Origin: Burkholderiales bacterium
GTDB lineage: Bacteria > Pseudomonadota > Gammaproteobacteria > Burkholderiales > Usitatibacteraceae
Direction: 5' to 3'
Assembly (NCBI GenBank): GCA_025359285.1
Contig: JANYGV010000315.1
Span: forward strand, 1-55,162
DNA length: 55,162 nucleotides
Both the position numbers and the translations under genes were made by a program. Every line of letters starts with the position of its first letter. Position 1 is the stretch's first letter. Under the pieces are notes generated by a model that had not been told where the DNA came from, made no database searches, and saw nothing but the letters and a program-made list of their open reading frames with translations. Below, one piece after another: positions 50,659 to 55,162 of the stretch.

Positions 50659-51345
50659 ATGAACCCGACCATCCTCGTCGTTGAAGACGAACCTGCAATA
50701 CAAGACCTGATCCAAATCAATCTGGAAATGGGCGGCTATCGTGTGCTCACCCACGACAGCGCCGAAAGCGCATTGAAGCAAGTGCAATTGGAGTTGCCGG
50801 ATTTGGCATTGCTGGATTGGATGCTGCCTGGCATGAGCGGTGTTGAGTTAGCTCGCCGACTGCGCGCCGATTCACGCACTAAATCCTTACCGATTATTCT
50901 GCTCACCGCGAAAGGCGAAGAGGAAGACAAGCTCAAGGGCCTTGAAAGTGGCGCGGATGATTACATGACCAAGCCGTTTTCCGTGCGTGAGCTCGAAGCG
51001 CGGATCAAAGCGGTGCTGCGTCGGCGGGCTCCGGAACTGACGCAAGATGTCATCGAATATCACGGGCTTCGCCTCGACCCAACCTCTCACAAAATTTCAG
51101 GCCACGGCAGTACGCTGTCGATGGGGCCAACCGAATTTCGCCTCCTGCATTTTTTCATGACCCACATCGAACGCGTTTACTCGCGCACCCAGTTGCTTGA
51201 TTTTGTATGGGGCGATCATGTGTTTATCGAAGAGCGCACGGTGGATGTCCACATCCGACGGTTGCGTGCGGCCTTATCGCCTTCCAAGCACGATGCGCTG
51301 GTACATACCGTGCGCGGCAGCGGCTACCGATTCGCGGTCGACTAA
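50659..51345 (+). CDS. phoB: Phosphate regulon response regulator PhoB (OmpR family)
   Basis: The receiver (VVEDEPAI, LLDWMLPGMSG, KP) is joined to a winged helix (LRLDPTSH..LSMGPTEFRLLHFFM..VDVHIRRLR). It is followed by phoR. Confidence 0.93.
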   Translation: MNPTILVVEDEPAIQDLIQINLEMGGYRVLTHDSAESALKQVQLELPDLALLDWMLPGMSGVELARRLRADSRTKSLPIILLTAKGEEEDKLKGLESGADDYMTKPFSVRELEARIKAVLRRRAPELTQDVIEYHGLRLDPTSHKISGHGSTLSMGPTEFRLLHFFMTHIERVYSRTQLLDFVWGDHVFIEERTVDVHIRRLRAALSPSKHDALVHTVRGSGYRFAVD

Positions 51346-51408
51346 CTGGCCGGTGTTGACAGACTGGCGTTAACAAATAGAGCGTGCTGGACGACGCTTT
51401 GTCGTAAC

Positions 51409-52851
51409 ATGGCGCTTGATTCGTTACCTGTGTTTGACCAATCTGTGTTTGAACATGAACGCCAGCCCATGTCACCTGTCACCAAATTTACACTTATTGC
51501 CCTGATCCGCGTTGGCCTTGCTGCCAGCGCTTTGGGTGGTCTCGTAGCGTTGACCATAGACGTGATCTGGGGCGTCGCGCTGGGTGCGGTGGTGATTCTC
51601 GCCGTGGTCGGCTATTACGCCTACAAGCTGGCCTCGCTGTCAGCGTGGCTGGACGACCCACAGGCCGCTACCTTGCCGGACGGCATTGGTTTATGGGGCG
51701 ACACGCTGGGTCATCTCTATCGTGTCATTCGTCATGAACGCGCCGCCCAGCAAACCCTTGCCGACACGCTGAGCCGCTTTCAATCTGCGGCGGCGGCGTT
51801 ACCCGATGGTGCCGTGATGCTCGACAATCAATACAACATTGTCTGGTGCAACCCAAGCGCTGAAACCCATCTCGCGGTCTCGCTTAAACGTGACCGAATG
51901 CAGGTGATTACTTATTTGATCCGCAATCCTGAATTTATTCACTATCTTGATTCACGTAATTTTTTAGAGCCTCTTGTCATTCGACTTCAGCACAACAAGT
52001 CGGCAACCAATGCGGCGAGCGCCGCGGCCACCGAGGTAATACTGTCGCTGCAATTAGTCGCGTTTGGTGACGACCAAATACTGTTGCTATCGCGCGACAT
52101 TTCTGAACGCGAGCGCTTGGAAACTATCCGTCGTGATTTTGTGGCGAATGTGTCGCATGAGCTGCGCACGCCCTTGACGGTGGTAACCGGTTTTCTGGAA
52201 ACGGTGGCCATTGCCGGCACCAGCAACGAAACTTTGCTGCAAAAATCGCTAGCGCACATGAGCGCGCAGACCACCCGCATGCAGCATCTGGTCGAGGACT
52301 TGCTGACGCTCTCAAGACTGGAAGACAACCGCAATCGGCTGACCGTGTCTCCCATAAATATTCCAGAACTGATTTCCAGCCTGCTCAATGACGCCGAGCA
52401 GTTATCCAACGGTCGCCACACCATCACCAAACATATTGACGGGCCATGGTTGCTGGGCAATCGCGACGAGATCGCCAGCGCGTTTGGCAATTTGATCACC
52501 AACGCGGTTCGCTATACACCCGCGGGCGGCACGATTCACGCAGAGTGGTCTCAGGCCAGCAACGACGCGCCGCTTATTTTTCGCGTCACCGATAACGGTG
52601 ACGGCATTAGCGCCGAACACTTGCCGCGCCTGACGGAGCGGTTCTATCGGGTGGATCGCGGCCGCTCCCGCGCATCGGGGGGCACCGGTCTAGGCTTGGC
52701 GATCGTCAAACACGTTTTAATTCGCCACGATGGCCACCTTGAAATCCACAGCTCACTTGATGCCGTTCAGCACGGCACCACTTTCACAGCGTTTTTCCCT
52801 CCCGACCGTGCCTGCGCTATCGAGGACAGAATGCGCGCGGTGGCGGCATAA
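51409..52851 (+). CDS. phoR: Phosphate regulon sensor kinase PhoR
   Basis: TM hairpin, PAS region, H box FVANVSHELRTPLT, N box NLITNAVRYT, DNGDGI and GGTGLGLAIVKH. An alternative start lies at 51469. Confidence 0.9.
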   Translation: MALDSLPVFDQSVFEHERQPMSPVTKFTLIALIRVGLAASALGGLVALTIDVIWGVALGAVVILAVVGYYAYKLASLSAWLDDPQAATLPDGIGLWGDTLGHLYRVIRHERAAQQTLADTLSRFQSAAAALPDGAVMLDNQYNIVWCNPSAETHLAVSLKRDRMQVITYLIRNPEFIHYLDSRNFLEPLVIRLQHNKSATNAASAAATEVILSLQLVAFGDDQILLLSRDISERERLETIRRDFVANVSHELRTPLTVVTGFLETVAIAGTSNETLLQKSLAHMSAQTTRMQHLVEDLLTLSRLEDNRNRLTVSPINIPELISSLLNDAEQLSNGRHTITKHIDGPWLLGNRDEIASAFGNLITNAVRYTPAGGTIHAEWSQASNDAPLIFRVTDNGDGISAEHLPRLTERFYRVDRGRSRASGGTGLGLAIVKHVLIRHDGHLEIHSSLDAVQHGTTFTAFFPPDRACAIEDRMRAVAA

Positions 52852-52946
52852 AGCCACTAACGACCCGCAAGAAACGGGGGCCAACAAGTTTCTCCAAATC
52901 GCGATAAGTTAGAATGCATTCTGGTTAATTTTCAAGTTGCGTAAAC

Positions 52947-53339
52947 ATGATCGGTTTATTAATTGTTGCCCACGGCACCTTGGGCGAATCACTTATTCAC
53001 TGTGCCAGTCACGTCATGGGCAAACGCCCGCTTTACTTGCGGCAGCTGGGGGTCACTATCCACGACGATCCCGAAGCACTTTTGCCTCAAGGCCGGGATC
53101 TGGTGCGCTTTCTGGATCAAGGTCAGGGGGTACTGGTGATGACCGATATTTTTGGCGCCACGCCGTCGAATATTGCTTGTCGCCTGCTTGAACCAGGCCG
53201 TATTGAGGGCATTTCCGGTATTAATTTACCGATGCTCATCAAGACCTTGAGCTATCGGGATGCGTCGATGAACGAATTGATTGAAAAGTCGCTGGTCGGT
53301 GCCAGTGAAGGCGTGATTCGTATGCCAGGAGGATGTTAG
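52947..53339 (+). CDS. PTS EIIA component, mannose/fructose (EIIA-Man) family
   Basis: N-terminus MIGLLIVAHGTLGESL with the conserved phospho-His context. 130 aa, directly upstream of HPr and EI. Confidence 0.85.
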   Translation: MIGLLIVAHGTLGESLIHCASHVMGKRPLYLRQLGVTIHDDPEALLPQGRDLVRFLDQGQGVLVMTDIFGATPSNIACRLLEPGRIEGISGINLPMLIKTLSYRDASMNELIEKSLVGASEGVIRMPGGC

Positions 53340-53341
53340 TC

Positions 53342-53611
53342 GTGTTGAAACAAGATATTGAGATCATCAATAAACTCGGGCTGCATGCGCGCGCCTCGGC
53401 AAAGTTAACCCAAACCGCGGCGCAGTTTGAATCAGAAATTTTTGTCGCTAAAGCCGGCAAACGCGTCAATGCAAAATCGATTATGGGCGTGATGATGCTG
53501 GCAGCTGGCAAGGGTTCCAAGCTGGAATTGGACGCAACCGGCGCAGACGAAGTCGACGCGATGAATGCCGTTGTAGCCTTGATAAACGATAAATTTGGCG
53601 AAGGCGAATAA
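53342..53611 (+). CDS. ptsH: Phosphocarrier protein HPr
   Basis: The GTG at 53342 lies 9 nt after AGGAGG and places the active-site His at residue 15 (NKLGLHARA). Ser46 context KSIMGVM. The track ORF start at 53333 has no spacing to the RBS. Confidence 0.9.
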   Translation: MLKQDIEIINKLGLHARASAKLTQTAAQFESEIFVAKAGKRVNAKSIMGVMMLAAGKGSKLELDATGADEVDAMNAVVALINDKFGEGE

Positions 53612-53801
53612 AACCACTCGCACCACCGACACGCCCAACACACCCGATACGCCTAACACGCTCAACACCCTTAGCGCATAACAGCCGAAAGCAAATGAAT
53701 TTACCTTTTGAAATGAAACTCCTTGCCGGACGGGCGTATCGAAGCAAAAATGCTTTGAAACGCCCGCCTGCGCTAGGGTTTACTATTTCCGGTGAGTTGA
53801 G

Positions 53802-55162
53802 GTGAGCTTCACGCTGCACGGCCTCGGTGTCTCGGGTGGCATTGCCATTGGCCACGCGCATCTCGTCACCAATGCATCACTGGAAGTCGACCACTACCAG
53901 ATTCCCGAAGAATTCATTGCGCGCGAAATCAAACGTTTTGAAAAAGCCGTCAAGCTGGTGCGCACCGAGCTGAATAATCTCGAAAAAGAAATCCAGACCA
54001 CGCATAAAGGCGAAGCGTCGGGCGAGATGGCGGCGTTCGTGACGGTGCATCGAATGATGCTCGACGATCCGTCGCTGTCCGAAACGCCGCGCGACGTCAT
54101 TCGCCGCGAATCGTGCAATGCCGAATGGGCGCTGAAGCTGCAGCTCGACGAATTACTCGCGCAGTTTGCGGAAGTTCAGGACGAGTATTTACGCGAACGT
54201 AAAACCGATGTGCGGCAGGTGGCGGAACGTATTGTTGCGGCGCTATCGGGGCAATCCAGCGATGTGCCTGAAAAATTACGTGAACGCGCTGAAGATACTA
54301 TTTTGGTCGCGCATGATTTATCGCCAGCGGACGTTATTTTATTCAAGGATCACCAAGTCGCCGCGTTCGTAACCGATGTAGGCGGCTCAACGTCGCACAC
54401 CGCGATTCTGGCGCGCAGCCTGGCGATTCCGGCGATTGTCGCCTTGCATACCGCGCGCGAGCTGGTGCGCGAGGATGAAGTCATCATTGTCGACGGCACG
54501 CAAGGTGTGGTGATTGTAGATCCCGATGAAATGGTGCTGGCGGAATATCGGCTGAGGCAAAACCAGTGGAAGCTTGAACGCCAAAAATTGTCGCGCATTA
54601 AAACAGCTGCCGCTGAAACACTCGACGGCACCGTGGTTGAGCTGTTTGCGAACATTGAATTGCCGTCGGATCTCGATGCCGTCAAACAATCAGGCGCGAC
54701 CGGCATTGGACTTTTTCGAACGGAATTTTTGTTTATGAATCGCAAAGGTTCTCCCACCGAGGAAGAGCAATTTGAGGCTTACAAAGCGGTCGCTGAAGGC
54801 ATGCGCGGCAAGCCGGTAGTGATTCGCACACTTGATATCGGTGCCGACAAATCGCTCGGCGGGCCCGACCAGCCGAGCGCGCATTCTGCGTTAGGGCTAC
54901 GAGCAATTCGTTATTGCCTGAGCGAGCCGCAATTGTTCAATACTCAGCTGCGAGCGATTTTACGGGCCTCGCGTTTTGGTGATGTTCGCCTGCTGATTCC
55001 CATGCTGGTCTCGGTCACCGAGCTCAAGCAAACCATCGCCGCGCTGGACACCGCCAAAGAGCAATTGCGCGCGGAAGGTAAAAAATTCAACGACAAAATT
55101 CAAGTCGGCGGCATGATTGAAATTCCCGCTGCGGCGATTGCGTTGCCGATGTTTTTGAAGAC
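53802..55162 (+). CDS. ptsI: Phosphoenolpyruvate-protein phosphotransferase (PTS enzyme I). The 3' end lies outside the window.
   Basis: This gene is not in the supplied ORF track because it has no stop in the window. The GTG at 53802 is preceded by an in-frame TGA (53793-53795). I spot-translated the start (VSFTLHGLGVSGGIAIGHAHLV), the 54378 region (active-site GGSTSHTAILARSLAIPAIV) and the 3' end (GGMIEIPAAAIALPMF), and all three lie in the same frame. I infer an open frame throughout from the absence of an ORF-track stop. Confidence 0.92.
   Translation, partial: MSFTLHGLGVSGGIAIGHAHLVTNASLEVDHYQIPEEFIAREIKRFEKAVKLVRTELNNLEKEIQTTHKGEASGEMAAFVTVHRMMLDDPSLSETPRDVIRRESCNAEWALKLQLDELLAQFAEVQDEYLRERKTDVRQVAERIVAALSGQSSDVPEKLRERAEDTILVAHDLSPADVILFKDHQVAAFVTDVGGSTSHTAILARSLAIPAIVALHTARELVREDEVIIVDGTQGVVIVDPDEMVLAEYRLRQNQWKLERQKLSRIKTAAAETLDGTVVELFANIELPSDLDAVKQSGATGIGLFRTEFLFMNRKGSPTEEEQFEAYKAVAEGMRGKPVVIRTLDIGADKSLGGPDQPSAHSALGLRAIRYCLSEPQLFNTQLRAILRASRFGDVRLLIPMLVSVTELKQTIAALDTAKEQLRAEGKKFNDKIQVGGMIEIPAAAIALPMFLK

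Overview
This 55 kb window looks like chromosomal DNA from a betaproteobacterium. The Burkholderiales/Oxalobacteraceae-like assignment is an inference from gene content and synteny, not a search result. Most of the window is ordinary, densely packed core genome:
- methionine synthesis: metX-metW
- yheS-type ABC-F ATPase, xthA, pyrE
- gatCAB
- cell-shape and cell-wall block: mreBCD-mrdA-rodA-rlpA-DD-carboxypeptidase, then class IV aminotransferase-ybeD-lipB-lipA
- eukaryote-type NADP-icd
- ubiquinone genes: DUF971-ubiE-Tim44-like-ubiJ ... ubiB
- phoBR with a Pho box
- a permease-less EIIA(Man)-HPr-EI PTS; ptsI runs off the 3' edge and is missing from the supplied ORF track

I saw no rRNA or tRNA genes, CRISPR arrays, intact mobile elements or recognisable phage-defence genes. 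The accessory-looking regions are:
1. A decayed IS transposase fragment next to a frameshifted stand-alone EAL gene (24.5-25.7 kb).
2. Two tandem paralogous LytS-type kinase / LytTR regulator pairs behind a sodium:solute symporter (34-41.4 kb). One kinase has a very unusual architecture.
3. The best candidate for something uncharacterised: a three-gene CheA-like module sitting between ubiJ and ubiB (43.2-46.3 kb). It has a membrane PilJ/NarX-type sensor-Hpt-HATPase kinase without a CheW domain, a CheY and a CheX.

I also propose a SAM-II-like riboswitch plus attenuator hairpin upstream of metX, and note several short tandem repeats. All functional calls come from reading motifs in the translated ORFs. 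No database search was possible.
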